Shown here one piece after another: positions 25,697-36,146 of a DNA stretch of 64,000 bases. Within the stretch, counting starts at the first letter, position 1. Each line of letters starts with the position of its first letter. The DNA comes from an uncultured Acidobacteriaceae bacterium. GTDB taxonomy: Bacteria; Acidobacteriota; Terriglobia; Terriglobales; Acidobacteriaceae. The notes beneath the pieces are model-generated. The model was not told the origin of the DNA and did not search any database. It worked only from the letters and a program-made list of their open reading frames with translations. The translations under genes were made by a program, and so were the position numbers. Location of the stretch: assembly GCA_963802955.1 (NCBI GenBank), contig CAWDKT010000002.1, positions 67,443 through 131,442 on the forward strand, given 5' to 3'.

Positions 25697-28600
25697 CCGG
25701 CTCACGCCCTCGTGTAAGCAGGTAGTACACCAGCGGAGTGATGACGAGGCTGAGCACCATTGAAATCGTCAGTCCGCCGATGACGGCGATCGCCAGCGGC
25801 TGCAGCATCTCAGAGCCGGCGCCGATGGCGAAGGCCAGTGGCAGCATGCCGCATACCGCGGCGATCGCGGTCATCACGATGGGCCGTAGCCGCCGCTGCG
25901 CTGCGTGCAACATGGCATCGTGGGGTGAGGCGCCCTCGGCGCGGTAGCGCTCGTCGGCATCGAGCAGCAGAATGCCGTTCTTCGCCACAATCCCGATCAC
26001 CATAATCAGGCCCATGAACGAAGCCACATTGAACGTGATGCCGGTGACCAGCAGCGCTAGGATGACACCGGAGATCGAAAGCACCGACGAAGCAAGAATC
26101 GCCACCGGCGCCGGAAAGTTGCGGAACTCAGCCAGTAGAACGCCAAAGACCAGGGCGAGGGCCAGCAGGAGCACGCGCAGCAGATCGTGGAATGACTCCT
26201 GTTGCTGCTGGTAGGTGCCGCCGTACTCGACGCGCACCGTGGGCGGCAGGCGCAAGGCCTTAACGGCCTGCTCGACATTGGTCATTACCCCGCCAAGGTT
26301 CGATCCCTCGAGATCGGCAGTCACCTCTACGAGCTGCTGCAGGTTCTCGCGGGCAATCTCGTTCTGCGGGGGCAATTGCTCGACGTCGGCCAGCGAGCCC
26401 AGTGTGGCCGTGTGTCCCGTGGAACTGTTGAAGACCGTGTTCTCAATGGCGTCGAGCGAGCTGCGATGTTCGTCGCTGAGGCGCACGCGTACGTTATAGA
26501 GGCGGCCATTGGCAATGAGCGGGTTGGTAGTAATGCCGTCGAGAATCGCAGTTGCATCGTCAGACACTTCGGCGGGAGTAAAGCCAAGTCGCGACGCGAC
26601 TGTGGGGTCGACCTGGAAGTTCGTGGCGGGGCCGCTGATGGTGTTGTCGATGCCGTTTTCCACGTCGACCACGCCGTCGATCTTCGAGATTGCATCCGCC
26701 ACCCGCGGGCCCAGCTGGTTCAGCAGTGTCCTATCGTCGGAGAAGATCTTCACCTGGATCGGCTCGGGCGCGTTCGACAGATCGTTAATGTTGTCCTGCA
26801 GCACCTGCGTCAGCTCGACATCGAGCTCAGGCTCGGTAGCTTTCACGCGGCTCCGCACTTCATCCATCACATCCCACACCGAACGGCTGCGCTTCTGCTT
26901 GAGCTTCACCGTGAAGTCGCCGGTGTTGGCCTCGGTTACGGCGGCCAGCCCTAACTGCAACCCGGTACGGCGCGAAGTATTTTCAACTTCGGGGATGGAG
27001 TGCAGGATTTCGGTGACGTGCTGAAGAACGCGGTTGGTCTCGGCCAATGAGCTGCCCGCCGGCATAATGTAGTCGAGAATGAAGCCGCCCTCGTCCATCT
27101 CGGGCAACAGATTGGTGCCAAGCATCTGGTATCCGGCCCACGTCCCAATCACCAGAAGCAGGCAAATGCCGCCGGCCCAGACTGGCTTGGCCAACACCCA
27201 CTCCAGAACGCGCCGGTGCACGCGGAGTACGCGGCCCATCAGTGTACCCTTACCGGCATGCTCGGCTTCGCGCTCGGAATCTTCCGATCCCGGCGCAGAG
27301 TGATTCTCGCCGGAAACCTTTCCCTCTTTGAGCAGGACGTAGCTCAAGCCCGGCGTCCACGTGAGCGCCAGGGCCAACGAAGTGACGAGTGCGGCGGCCA
27401 TGGTAATGGCTAGGGCGCGGAAAAAGACTCCGGTGACGCCGCTAACCGCGACCAGCGGCAGAAAAACCACCACCGGTGTCAGAGTGGATCCGAGCAGCGG
27501 GATCGTGAGTTCGTGAAGGGCTTTGCGCACGGCTTCGGCGCGCCGCTCGCCTGAATCGCGATGCATCACCACGTTCTCCACCACCACGATGGCGTCGTCG
27601 ATCACCAGGCCGATGGCCGCCGCCAGTCCGCCCAGCGTCATCAGGTTGAAGCTTTCGCCAATCACCCACAACACCCCGATGGTGATGGCTATGGTGACTG
27701 GGATAACCAGCCCCGCAATCAGCGAGGAGGTCCAATCGCGCAGGAAAAGGAACAAAATGATGCATGCCAGTATGAGCCCGATGAAAATGGCATCGCGTAC
27801 GCTCGAAATCGAATCGCGGACCAGTTGCGACTGGTCGTAAAAGAGCTGGAGCTTGACCCCTGCCGGAAGCTTCTGCTGGAGATCCGCAACTTCCGTCGCC
27901 ACCGCGTCGGCAACAGCCACGGTGTTCGACGAAGGCTGGCGGTTAATCATCAACAGTACGGCATTTTTGCCGTTGGCCGTAACGGTGGTGTAGACAGGCA
28001 TGGTCCCGGCCTCAACCGTGGCCACATCGGCAAGGTGCACCGGAGCACCGCCCGGCGTGGTCTTCACCACAAGCCGTCGCAGGCCGTCCAGGTCGTGCAC
28101 CTGGGCGCCCACCAGGCCCAGGATCAACTCGTGGTTCGCCGAATAGAGGCCGGGCGACTGCACGATGTTCGAAGCGTTGATGGCGTTGACCACATCCGAG
28201 ATCGTCACTCCCGCTGTCTGGAGAAGCGCCGGATTCGGGACCACGTGAAACTCTGGGACTTCGCCGCCCTGCACCACCACGGTGCTGACGCCGTCGACAC
28301 GATTGAGAGGCGGCTTCAAGTCGTAGGTGGCGATCTGCCAAAGTTGCGTCTGGGGAACGGTGTCGGACGTGAGGCTGTAGCCCAAAACGGGGAAGCTGGC
28401 AAAGGTGAGCCTATTGGTGGTAATGCGCACAGTGGACGGCAATTCCTGCTGCACCTCTGCTAATGCTGCGTCCACTAGTTGCAGAGACTGCACCATGTCG
28501 ACATTCCAGTTGAAGAACAAATCCACTTCGGCCGAGCCGCGGCTGGTGGTCGAGCGCACGCTCGTGAGGCCGGGAACCGAGTTGATGGCGTTTTCGATGG

Positions 28601-28820
28601 GCTGCGTGATGGTTACTTCCATCTGCTCGACGGGCATCACGCCGTTATCCACGCCGATCACGACTCGAGGAAAGTTAGTCTCGGGAAAGACCGAGATGGG
28701 GACCTGGAAGGCCAGGTAGATTCCCGCCACCGTGAGCAGGACGGCGAAAAAGAAGATGGTCCGCGTTGACCTTGCCAGCCAGAAAGGTATTGGGCTGACA
28801 CCCGCCGCTTCACAGGGCAT
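25689..28820 (-). CDS. efflux RND transporter permease subunit
   Basis: 1043 aa with 12-TM AcrB/CzcA architecture. The start overlaps the MFP stop by 1 nt (TGATG). Confidence 0.93.
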   Translation of the reverse strand: MPCEAAGVSPIPFWLARSTRTIFFFAVLLTVAGIYLAFQVPISVFPETNFPRVVIGVDNGVMPVEQMEVTITQPIENAINSVPGLTSVRSTTSRGSAEVDLFFNWNVDMVQSLQLVDAALAEVQQELPSTVRITTNRLTFASFPVLGYSLTSDTVPQTQLWQIATYDLKPPLNRVDGVSTVVVQGGEVPEFHVVPNPALLQTAGVTISDVVNAINASNIVQSPGLYSANHELILGLVGAQVHDLDGLRRLVVKTTPGGAPVHLADVATVEAGTMPVYTTVTANGKNAVLLMINRQPSSNTVAVADAVATEVADLQQKLPAGVKLQLFYDQSQLVRDSISSVRDAIFIGLILACIILFLFLRDWTSSLIAGLVIPVTIAITIGVLWVIGESFNLMTLGGLAAAIGLVIDDAIVVVENVVMHRDSGERRAEAVRKALHELTIPLLGSTLTPVVVFLPLVAVSGVTGVFFRALAITMAAALVTSLALALTWTPGLSYVLLKEGKVSGENHSAPGSEDSEREAEHAGKGTLMGRVLRVHRRVLEWVLAKPVWAGGICLLLVIGTWAGYQMLGTNLLPEMDEGGFILDYIMPAGSSLAETNRVLQHVTEILHSIPEVENTSRRTGLQLGLAAVTEANTGDFTVKLKQKRSRSVWDVMDEVRSRVKATEPELDVELTQVLQDNINDLSNAPEPIQVKIFSDDRTLLNQLGPRVADAISKIDGVVDVENGIDNTISGPATNFQVDPTVASRLGFTPAEVSDDATAILDGITTNPLIANGRLYNVRVRLSDEHRSSLDAIENTVFNSSTGHTATLGSLADVEQLPPQNEIARENLQQLVEVTADLEGSNLGGVMTNVEQAVKALRLPPTVRVEYGGTYQQQQESFHDLLRVLLLALALVFGVLLAEFRNFPAPVAILASSVLSISGVILALLVTGITFNVASFMGLIMVIGIVAKNGILLLDADERYRAEGASPHDAMLHAAQRRLRPIVMTAIAAVCGMLPLAFAIGAGSEMLQPLAIAVIGGLTISMVLSLVITPLVYYLLTRGREPAN

Positions 28821-30103
28821 CAGTCATTTCCTCCGCCCGAGTCTTCGTCTCCGCCGGCCGGGCCGACCTTCACCTTGGTGCCTTCGTCCAGGCCATACGA
28901 TCCGCTGGTGATCACCATGTCCGCGGTGGTGAGCCCGCTCGTCACCTGCACGTCGGTGCCATTATCGATGCCCAGCGTGACCGGCTTTTTATGAGCTGCG
29001 CTGTCTGAGCCGACCACCATCACCGACTTTGCTCCGTTATCGGCCGTCAAGATCGCCGAGAGCGGCACTGTCAACGCGTGCGCCACGCTCATCCCGGTCA
29101 TCACCGCTTTAACCGGCGTGCCCACCTTGAGCCGGCCCGACTTGTTCTCAATCTTTAGCCACACCTCAACCGTTGTGCTTCCAGGGTCGAGCGCCGGGCT
29201 CACCATGGAAACCTTGGCGGGAACCGGATCGGAAAGCCCCGGCACTCGCACCGACGCCTGGTTGCCGACCTTCAGCTGGACGGCCAGGTTCTCGGCGATG
29301 TGCGTTTTTGCGATCAGCGCCGTCGTGTCCATCACAGTAATCAGCGGCGCTCCGGCTGCGGCCGTTTCACCGGCAAACAGCGGCCTGTCGGTCACCACGC
29401 CATCGATGGGGCTGCGAATCTCCGAGTAATCCACCTGCGCCTGGGCGCCCTTGTACTTGCCTTCGGCCGATGTCAACTGCCCTTGCGCCGACTTCAGCGC
29501 CGCCTCGCGGCTCACGCTGTGTACTGCGTCCAGATGCTGCTTGGCCGCGTCGTAAACCGCCTGCGCCTGCACCAGTGCAGCTTGCGCCGTGTCCAGATCG
29601 CGGCCCGGTACCGCGCCCTCCTGAAACAGCTGTTTGCGGCTCTTTACGATGTTCTGGTTCAGATCGAGGTTCGCCTTGGCCTGCGCAAAGTCCGATTCCG
29701 CCGTCAGCACATCCATCGGCACTTGCGCCTTGGTCGCTGTGGCGTAGGCCGCCTGCGCTGCTTCGTACGACCCCTTGGAATCCATTGCCGCCGCCGCCAG
29801 ATCGGTATTCTCCAGCACCGCCAGCAGTTCGCCTGCGTGCACCCGCTGCCCGCGTTCTGCGTAGAACTTTTTAATCGGCGCCGTAATCCGCGGAACGATC
29901 GCCGCCTGCGCCATCGGCTGCAGAACCGCATCGGCCGTCACCTGTTCGGCGATCGGACCCTGCTCCGGATGCTCGGCTTGCACCGTGACTTCGGGTTCCG
30001 GCGCCGCTTCCTTCTTGCAGCCCGGCAACAGGGCCAGTAGCATCGCGGCTGCCATCAGGATCGGCCGCACCGATCCATTTCTGTTCGCGTTGATCATTTG
30101 CAT
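28820..30103 (-). CDS. efflux RND transporter periplasmic adaptor (MFP)
   Basis: Lipoprotein-like N-terminus (LLPGCKK), coiled-coil hairpin region, and barrel-sandwich/beta-barrel segments typical of the HlyD/AcrA family. Confidence 0.9.
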   Translation of the reverse strand: MQMINANRNGSVRPILMAAAMLLALLPGCKKEAAPEPEVTVQAEHPEQGPIAEQVTADAVLQPMAQAAIVPRITAPIKKFYAERGQRVHAGELLAVLENTDLAAAAMDSKGSYEAAQAAYATATKAQVPMDVLTAESDFAQAKANLDLNQNIVKSRKQLFQEGAVPGRDLDTAQAALVQAQAVYDAAKQHLDAVHSVSREAALKSAQGQLTSAEGKYKGAQAQVDYSEIRSPIDGVVTDRPLFAGETAAAGAPLITVMDTTALIAKTHIAENLAVQLKVGNQASVRVPGLSDPVPAKVSMVSPALDPGSTTVEVWLKIENKSGRLKVGTPVKAVMTGMSVAHALTVPLSAILTADNGAKSVMVVGSDSAAHKKPVTLGIDNGTDVQVTSGLTTADMVITSGSYGLDEGTKVKVGPAGGDEDSGGGND

Positions 30104-30147
30104 TTCTGAACGTCCAATCTTCCCTGACCCCTGACCCTTAGTTCCTA

Positions 30148-30163
30148 CGTCCCTTGTTCCCTG
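30148..30163 (-). repeat. stop-proximal GA-rich 16-mer, copy d (CAGGGAACAAGGGACG on the minus strand)
   Basis: Begins 6 nt after the tolC-like TGA (30170-30172) and continues as GTAGGAACTAAGGGTCAGGGGTCAGGGAAG toward the MFP start. Confidence 0.85.
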
Positions 30164-30169
30164 CTCTCT

Positions 30170-31615
30170 TCACTTCGCTCCGGTGAGAGTCTCCAGCTCG
30201 GCCCTAGCCGTCTCATAGCGCACGCGGCCATCTTCGCGTGCGTTTTCGGCGGTTACGTAGGCGCTCTCGGCATCCACCACTTCCAGCACCGTGCCGTCCC
30301 CGCCCTGGTAGGCAAGTTTCGTCAATCGCAGGCTTTCGGCCGCTGTCGCCACGCTTTGGTCGAGTGACGCAAGCTGATCGAGCGCCGCTCTTGCTTCCGA
30401 GTACACCTCTTCGAGCTGTGCAATCATTTGCCGCTGCGTATTGGTGAGCGCCACCTGCGCCGCATCACGCCGGATCTCGCTCTGCTTCACCTTGTGCTCG
30501 GACGAGAGCCAATCCCACACGGGAAGGTTCACCGTCGCGCTCGTGGAGTAGCCGAGGTTACGCGCCCTGAGACCATCGGGAGTCAGGGGGCCATTGACTG
30601 CAAATTCATTGGCGTCGATCCCGTAGGTCACATTCAACCCCACGCTGGGCAGCAGGGCGCCCCATGCCGCCTGCACATCGGCGTCGCTCTCGGCGAGAGA
30701 GGCAAGCGCGCTCTTCAGCTCGGGATTGTTCTTCGCCGCAGCCTGCTCCACGTCCTCTTTCGACGCCAGCGTCGATGCAGCTTCAGGCGCCTTCAGCGCG
30801 TACTCCGTCAGCGGATCGGCAAACAATAGCACGCCCAGATCCAAACGCGCCTTTTCCGCTGCCAATCGAGCGTCCTCGACGTCCCGGTCCCGCTGCTGCT
30901 CCTGCAATTCGGCTCTCACTACGTCGGCATGCGCCGCCTCGCGTGCCTGCTCGCGTTCTCGTGTCAGCTTTGTGAAACCGGCCGCCTCCGTCCGCGCGCT
31001 CTCGGCAACTGCCAGCTTCTTGTCCGCGGCCATCCGCGCGTAGAACATGCCTGTCACAGCCACCACCAGGCCTCGCCTCGCAATCTCCTGCTCGGCGCTG
31101 GCCATTGCAGCCGCTGCGTTGGCATGGCGCACCGCCGCCGGCCCCGCGAAGCTGAGCGTTTCGTCCACGATTCCCTGCGCCATGTACTCCCGCGGTCTCG
31201 AATCGTTGGCGACAAATCTGGGCAATGGCGCCAGAGGCTCACCGGCATCGCCCTCGGTGTAGATCCCGTTGGGTTGCGTGTAGATGTCCTGGCTGTAAAG
31301 GCGCGCATTGGGCAGCAGCCCGGCGCGGGCGATGGAGCGGTCGAGGTTTGCGGATTGGCTGGCAGCCCTGGCTGCTACGAAGGCCGGCTCGCTCGCTTCG
31401 GCCCGCCGGATCGCCTCCGGCAACGTAATCTCCACTGGCGTCGCGGCGCTTGCAGCCTGGGTTTCAGGGGCCGAAGCGCTGTCCTGCCCTTGTGCGTACG
31501 CCGTGGGGCCTGCGGCCATCCACAGGACACAGGCAATCACACCGATCGGAAAAGCCGTCAGGCTCGAGCCGCTTTCCCTCTTGAAACTGCTGCCAATCAT
31601 CACACTCAGAAGCAT
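30170..31615 (-). CDS. TolC family outer-membrane efflux protein
   Basis: 481 aa. Signal peptide and two tandem OEP repeats rich in A/E/R coiled-coil sequence. First gene of the TolC-MFP-RND operon. Confidence 0.87.
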   Translation of the reverse strand: MLLSVMIGSSFKRESGSSLTAFPIGVIACVLWMAAGPTAYAQGQDSASAPETQAASAATPVEITLPEAIRRAEASEPAFVAARAASQSANLDRSIARAGLLPNARLYSQDIYTQPNGIYTEGDAGEPLAPLPRFVANDSRPREYMAQGIVDETLSFAGPAAVRHANAAAAMASAEQEIARRGLVVAVTGMFYARMAADKKLAVAESARTEAAGFTKLTREREQAREAAHADVVRAELQEQQRDRDVEDARLAAEKARLDLGVLLFADPLTEYALKAPEAASTLASKEDVEQAAAKNNPELKSALASLAESDADVQAAWGALLPSVGLNVTYGIDANEFAVNGPLTPDGLRARNLGYSTSATVNLPVWDWLSSEHKVKQSEIRRDAAQVALTNTQRQMIAQLEEVYSEARAALDQLASLDQSVATAAESLRLTKLAYQGGDGTVLEVVDAESAYVTAENAREDGRVRYETARAELETLTGAK

Positions 31616-31785
31616 ACAATCTGCGCCTGAATTTTATCTGAATCCGGTTTCAAACGAACGCTGCCCGCGGACACAAAGCGCCACGCGACGGTGACCGGCC
31701 TGCGAAGCAGTTCTCCCCGCTCAGAAAAGGAGCTTTAGGAATTCCGCTCCCACCTTCGCCCCTGGCTCTGCGATACTTATTTCTG

Positions 31786-32337
31786 ATGCCCATTGAAGAC
31801 CTGCAGCAAGCGGCTCAAAAAATCGCCCACTTCCTGAACTCCCTGAACAAACTGGGTGGAATGCGCCTCAAATATCGCATCACAGCCGGTGATGGAGCGC
31901 GCGATCCCCAAGGGATCGAAGCGCGCCAGATCTACGTAGAACTGGCCGGGCCCGATGTCCCGCTCGTCATCCAGCACAACGGCGAGCTGTTGCGCGCCTT
32001 GGAAACCCTCGCCGGACAAATGTTGCGCCTCGATCACCATGAGCACGATCTTGTGAGCTTCGATGCAGCCAACTTCAAGGCCCTCCGAGCCGAGGAGCTG
32101 CGCCTGTCTGCTGAAGCCGCTGCCGAGAAGGTCCGCCAGTCCGGTGTTCCCTACAGCTTCCCGCCCATGAACAGCCGCGAGCGCCGCATGTTGCACCTCA
32201 CCTGCCAGTCGCTCGAGGGGATTGAGACAGCCAGCGTTGGCGAAGGGCCTGACCGCTTTCTTGTCGTCTACCCCGAAGGCAAAACGAATCTGCCGGTAAA
32301 ACCGCAGTTCAAGCCCAGAGGCTTCGGCCGCAGGTAA
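31786..32337 (+). CDS. KH + R3H domain RNA-binding protein (Jag/KhpB-like)
   Basis: C-terminal R3H motif PPMNSRERRMLHLTCQSLEGIETASVGEGPDRFLVVYP, preceded by a KH-like segment. Confidence 0.72.
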   Translation: MPIEDLQQAAQKIAHFLNSLNKLGGMRLKYRITAGDGARDPQGIEARQIYVELAGPDVPLVIQHNGELLRALETLAGQMLRLDHHEHDLVSFDAANFKALRAEELRLSAEAAAEKVRQSGVPYSFPPMNSRERRMLHLTCQSLEGIETASVGEGPDRFLVVYPEGKTNLPVKPQFKPRGFGRR

Positions 32338-32432
32338 AGCAGTGGTCGGTGATCGGTTGTCAGTGATCAGGGCATGGAGACGATCGCGGGCGCCGGCCTC
32401 CTCAGCTCGAGCGATGATTTAAGCCCTGCCTT

Positions 32433-33554
32433 ATGCCAGAATACCCATCAATGAGAAAACTCTTCGTCATTCTCTTGCTGGCAACTTGTGCCGTTTTCCT
32501 TCCCGCGCAAAAGCGACTTGTCCTCATCGATCAGGATGGCTCCGGACCTGGCGGCTCCAACCAGATGGCCATGCTGGCCCTGTTGCAATCGCCTGACGTT
32601 CAGGTCCTCGGCATCACCATGGTCACGGGCAATGCGTGGTGCGACGAGGAAACCTTGCATACGCTTCGCATGCTTGAGCTCACCGGCCACACCGGCGTTC
32701 CCGTGGCCAGAGGCGCTGTGTTCCCCTTGGTTCGCACGCAGGAAGAGACGCGCCTGGCCGCCGCCCTCTACGGCAAAGTGGTCTGGCTGGGCGCCTGGGG
32801 CGAAGGGCCGACCACGCTTCAGGAAACAAAATCCGGCGCCGTTCCCGTGATGCCCGCGCAGTCCCAGTCGCACGGCCCTTACGTGATTCCACCGATGCCT
32901 GAAGGCTCGCCCACTGCCAAACCGATCGACGAAGATGCCGCGCTCTTCCTCATCCGCCAGGTGCATGCGCATCCGCGCCAGGTTACCATCTACGCCGCCG
33001 GTCCGCTCACCAATATCGCGCTCGCCGTCGCCATTGATCCGCAGTTTGCGACGCTCACGAAGGGCATTGTCATCATGGGCGGCAGCCTCGATCCGCAAAC
33101 CAACGATCCCGAGTTCGCGACCAACCCGCGCCACGAGTTCAATTTCTGGTTCGATCCCGAGGCCGCGCACATCGTGCTGCATGCCGCGTGGCCGCGCATC
33201 GACGTAACCACCGTCGATGTCTCAATCAAGGCGCCGTTCACGCAGAAAATGCTTGACGAGATTTCGAAGTCGCAATCGCCGGCCGCGCGCTACGTCGCTG
33301 CGTGGAGCCAGCAGCGCTACTACATGTGGGACGAACTCGCCGCCTGCGCGTGGCTCGATCCATCCATCATCACCAAAGAGAAGCTGGTCTACATGGATGT
33401 GGACCTGAGCCACGGTCCCAGTTACGGCGATACGCTTACCTGGGATGAAAATCTAAAGCCCGCAGCCGGCGTGCGTTTGGTTCACGCGCAACTCGACCTC
33501 GACCTGCCGCGCTTTCAAAAAATGTTTGTTGACCTGATGACGCGGACTCCGTAG
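32433..33554 (+). CDS. secreted nucleoside hydrolase (IUNH family), second copy
   Basis: Signal peptide, then LVLIDQDGSGPGGSNQMAMLALL..VLGITMVTGN..GPLTNIA..IMGGS. Confidence 0.83.
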   Translation: MPEYPSMRKLFVILLLATCAVFLPAQKRLVLIDQDGSGPGGSNQMAMLALLQSPDVQVLGITMVTGNAWCDEETLHTLRMLELTGHTGVPVARGAVFPLVRTQEETRLAAALYGKVVWLGAWGEGPTTLQETKSGAVPVMPAQSQSHGPYVIPPMPEGSPTAKPIDEDAALFLIRQVHAHPRQVTIYAAGPLTNIALAVAIDPQFATLTKGIVIMGGSLDPQTNDPEFATNPRHEFNFWFDPEAAHIVLHAAWPRIDVTTVDVSIKAPFTQKMLDEISKSQSPAARYVAAWSQQRYYMWDELAACAWLDPSIITKEKLVYMDVDLSHGPSYGDTLTWDENLKPAAGVRLVHAQLDLDLPRFQKMFVDLMTRTP

Positions 33555-33590
33555 TCGCGCGCACAAAGCTGTGCTTCATCACCGAGTCTT

Positions 33591-33809
33591 TCATTCCGAG
33601 TTTCGTTTGCCGCCTTTTGTGCGCCAAGCGAAGCGGAAAGACGATGACGCCAGTCTCCGCCACCATATCGAGAGGAAATGTCGCCGCCTCGCCGCCTCGT
33701 TCCTGCGCTCCAGCACCTTGCGCTTCAGATCGGGCGGAGCCGGCCGCCACAGCAACGCGGTAATCAGCTCGCACTCAAATTCAAAATCGTCCTTCTCATC
33801 AAGATCCAC
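33591..33809 (-). CDS. small hypothetical protein downstream of the ECF sigma gene (possible cognate regulator)
   Basis: GTG at 33809 lies 10 nt after the sigma-factor TAG and is preceded by GGAG. 72 aa with an acidic N-terminus and a basic C-terminus. No anti-sigma motif recognised. Confidence 0.3.
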   Translation of the reverse strand: MDLDEKDDFEFECELITALLWRPAPPDLKRKVLERRNEAARRRHFLSIWWRRLASSSFRFAWRTKGGKRNSE

Positions 33810-33819
33810 GGGCGAACTC

Positions 33820-34329
33820 CTACAAGCCGATCGAGGCCTTGGCCCTCAGCAGTTTCAGTCCGCGCTGCAGATGGATCTTCACCGTTGCCGCTGGCTCATT
33901 CAACGTGGCCGCAATCTCCTCTGGTGTCAGATCCTCCTGGTAGCGCAGGACCAGCGCCGCACGTTGTGCCTCCGGTAGCGTCGCCAGCAGCCTGTCGATC
34001 TTCGCCGCCAGCCGCGCCCCCATCGGCGAGCCGCCCTCTTGCGCCTGCGCGCAGTGGTTCTCGTTCATCTCCACCCACATATGCACGCTGCGCACCCGCT
34101 GCCGGCGCAGTGCATCGGCCGAACGGCTCATGGTTACGCGCCTCAGCCAGGAGTCCGCGTGCAGCGGCGATTCGATGTTGCCCACGTGCCGGTCCAACTC
34201 AAGAAAAACGTCCCTGGCAATCTCCTCGGCCAATCCACTGTCTCCCGTCATGCGCAGCGCCAGTGAAAAGACCATCGACTGGTGCTCGTCGATCAGCTGC
34301 TCGAAGTTGGGCTGCCAACTGCCGGCCAT
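33820..34329 (-). CDS. ECF-type RNA polymerase sigma-70 factor
   Basis: 169 aa. Region 2 (FEQLIDEHQSMVFSLALRMTGDSGLAEEIARDVFLEL) and region 4 (LPEAQRAALVLRYQEDLTPEEIAATLNEPAATVKIHLQRG). Confidence 0.88.
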   Translation of the reverse strand: MAGSWQPNFEQLIDEHQSMVFSLALRMTGDSGLAEEIARDVFLELDRHVGNIESPLHADSWLRRVTMSRSADALRRQRVRSVHMWVEMNENHCAQAQEGGSPMGARLAAKIDRLLATLPEAQRAALVLRYQEDLTPEEIAATLNEPAATVKIHLQRGLKLLRAKASIGL

Positions 34330-34538
34330 AACTCGCTACAACCTCCTGATCCGCACCCGTGTGCGGTCGGGGATGCAGAGAGTTACGCAGCAGGGCTCAA
34401 AAAAGTTCATGGCTTTGCTGACCGGCGACCTTGGAATCGGCCGCCAGATTCGGCGTCAGATTTTGCCTCTGCGCCGCTCGATCTGTCCACCGGAGTGCGG
34501 CCTTCGATTCTTTTCCCTTGTTCCCGCGTTCCCCGTGT

Positions 34539-35939
34539 TTAAAACAGATCCGGAATGCTGTGGAACGCGATCCGCGTCGGCGCGGCTTTGTACGCCGTCA
34601 GCATCGCAGCGGGGGCCAGCGCGCTCATGCCGTACTTGTCGTTGATCTGGTCCATCGTGGCATTCAGGCGCGTGCGGCTCTGCTCTTCTTCGAGGCCGTC
34701 AAAGAGTGCCAGCGTGTGCAGCCGGTCGGGAACCAGGTTGTTCAGTTGCACGCCGATAAAGTACGGGCTGTCGTACTGCTTGCCCGATGGCCGCGACTCC
34801 CAAATGCGTCGCAGCGCGGCGATCAGCGTCTGATTGTCCTGGCACTCGCTCAGCTTGATTTCGCTGCGCCAGCCGCGCGCCGGCACGCCGAAGCGGCTCA
34901 CCGGCGTGTTTTCACTCCGCGGCACGGCAAATCCAATCGCCAGTCCGATATTGCTGGCCCACAGGCCCTGCGCACGCAGCCGCATGGCCGCCTTGTGCAG
35001 CAGCTTGTGCGCCACCGCCCAGGCTTTTTCGGCGGTACGCATCTCGGGCGCCAGCACGTGCGAGTGGCTGATGGACTTCTGGTGCTCCAACTCTGCTCTC
35101 TCGAAGTCTTCGCCGCGGAGCCAATGAAACAGCCGTTCGCCCCATACCGATCCCCAGATTTCGCCGGTTTGCTCGCGGTCGAGCTTGAGCAGATCGTCCA
35201 TCGTCCTGATGCCTTTTTCGTTGAGCCGCTTCTCTGTGCGTGCGCCGATGCCAGGCAAATCGCGCAGCGTGAGCGAGTGCAGCGCTTCGGGCAGAACGTC
35301 CAGCGGCAGCGCCACAAGGCCGTCGGGCTTCTCCATGTCGCTGGCAATTTTTGCAAGATAGCGGTTTGTCGCCAACCCCACTGAGCTGCGCAGCGTCTCG
35401 CCCACGCGCTCGCGAATTGCCGCTTTGACACGGATGCCGAGATCCAGTGCCGCACGAAGCGCTCTCTCGCGGCCCATCAGCCGGCAGGCCATTTCATCAA
35501 TGGAGCAGACAGCCGTCACCGGCACGCAGCTTTCCACCGTCTCCACAATCCGGTGATGGTATTCCGTGTAGATTTCGTGGCGCCCCTCCACCAGGACGAT
35601 CTCAGGGCACATGCGCTTGGCATCGGCCACAATGGTGCCCGTCCGCACCCCGAAGGCTTTGGCCTCGTAGCTCGCAGCAATGCAACAGGTGGTGTCCGCC
35701 ATCATCGGCACCACCCCCACCGGTCGCCCGCGCAGCTCGGGTCGCGTCTCCTGCTCCACTGAGGCAAAGTAGGAATTCAAATCGACGAAGAGCCAGTTGA
35801 GCGCGGGCCCTGAAGCGGCGTCATATTCCCATGCCTTGGCTTCCTTCCGCGCCGCCTCACCGACCCGTTCCAGGTTCGCCAGTTCCTCTGGCCACTCCTT
35901 TGGAATGGGCGACAGACCCGAATTGGAACTAGAACCCAT
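34539..35939 (-). CDS. Y-family DNA polymerase (DinB/UmuC-like)
   Basis: LFVDLNSYFASVEQ (catalytic Asp/Glu), VCSIDEMACRL (SIDE motif), GIGARTEKRLNEKGI HhH. 466 aa. Confidence 0.87.
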   Translation of the reverse strand: MGSSSNSGLSPIPKEWPEELANLERVGEAARKEAKAWEYDAASGPALNWLFVDLNSYFASVEQETRPELRGRPVGVVPMMADTTCCIAASYEAKAFGVRTGTIVADAKRMCPEIVLVEGRHEIYTEYHHRIVETVESCVPVTAVCSIDEMACRLMGRERALRAALDLGIRVKAAIRERVGETLRSSVGLATNRYLAKIASDMEKPDGLVALPLDVLPEALHSLTLRDLPGIGARTEKRLNEKGIRTMDDLLKLDREQTGEIWGSVWGERLFHWLRGEDFERAELEHQKSISHSHVLAPEMRTAEKAWAVAHKLLHKAAMRLRAQGLWASNIGLAIGFAVPRSENTPVSRFGVPARGWRSEIKLSECQDNQTLIAALRRIWESRPSGKQYDSPYFIGVQLNNLVPDRLHTLALFDGLEEEQSRTRLNATMDQINDKYGMSALAPAAMLTAYKAAPTRIAFHSIPDLF

Positions 35940-36146
35940 TTAGCTTGGATATTCGTCTTTTCTTCTCTATCATAGCATCCAAAATCCTTGAAATCAGAGG
36001 GAGAATCGAGAGTAATGTTTTACCGGGAACCCAGCTGAGCTAAACTCTGAGCAGGCGAAAACCGTCAAAGGGATGAACGTGAGCGTGCCGCGAGGCCTCA
36101 ACGCATCGAAAGATGTGTGCGGCAACCGCAAATTTGGTGACCGAAG

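Noticed and set aside
35940-36146. A LexA/SOS box upstream of the Y-family polymerase gene.
   Set aside because: The direct-repeat box reported for Acidobacterium and Alphaproteobacteria (GTTC-N7-GTTC / GAAC-N7-GAAC) is not present in the ~200 nt upstream. SOS control cannot be claimed from the sequence.
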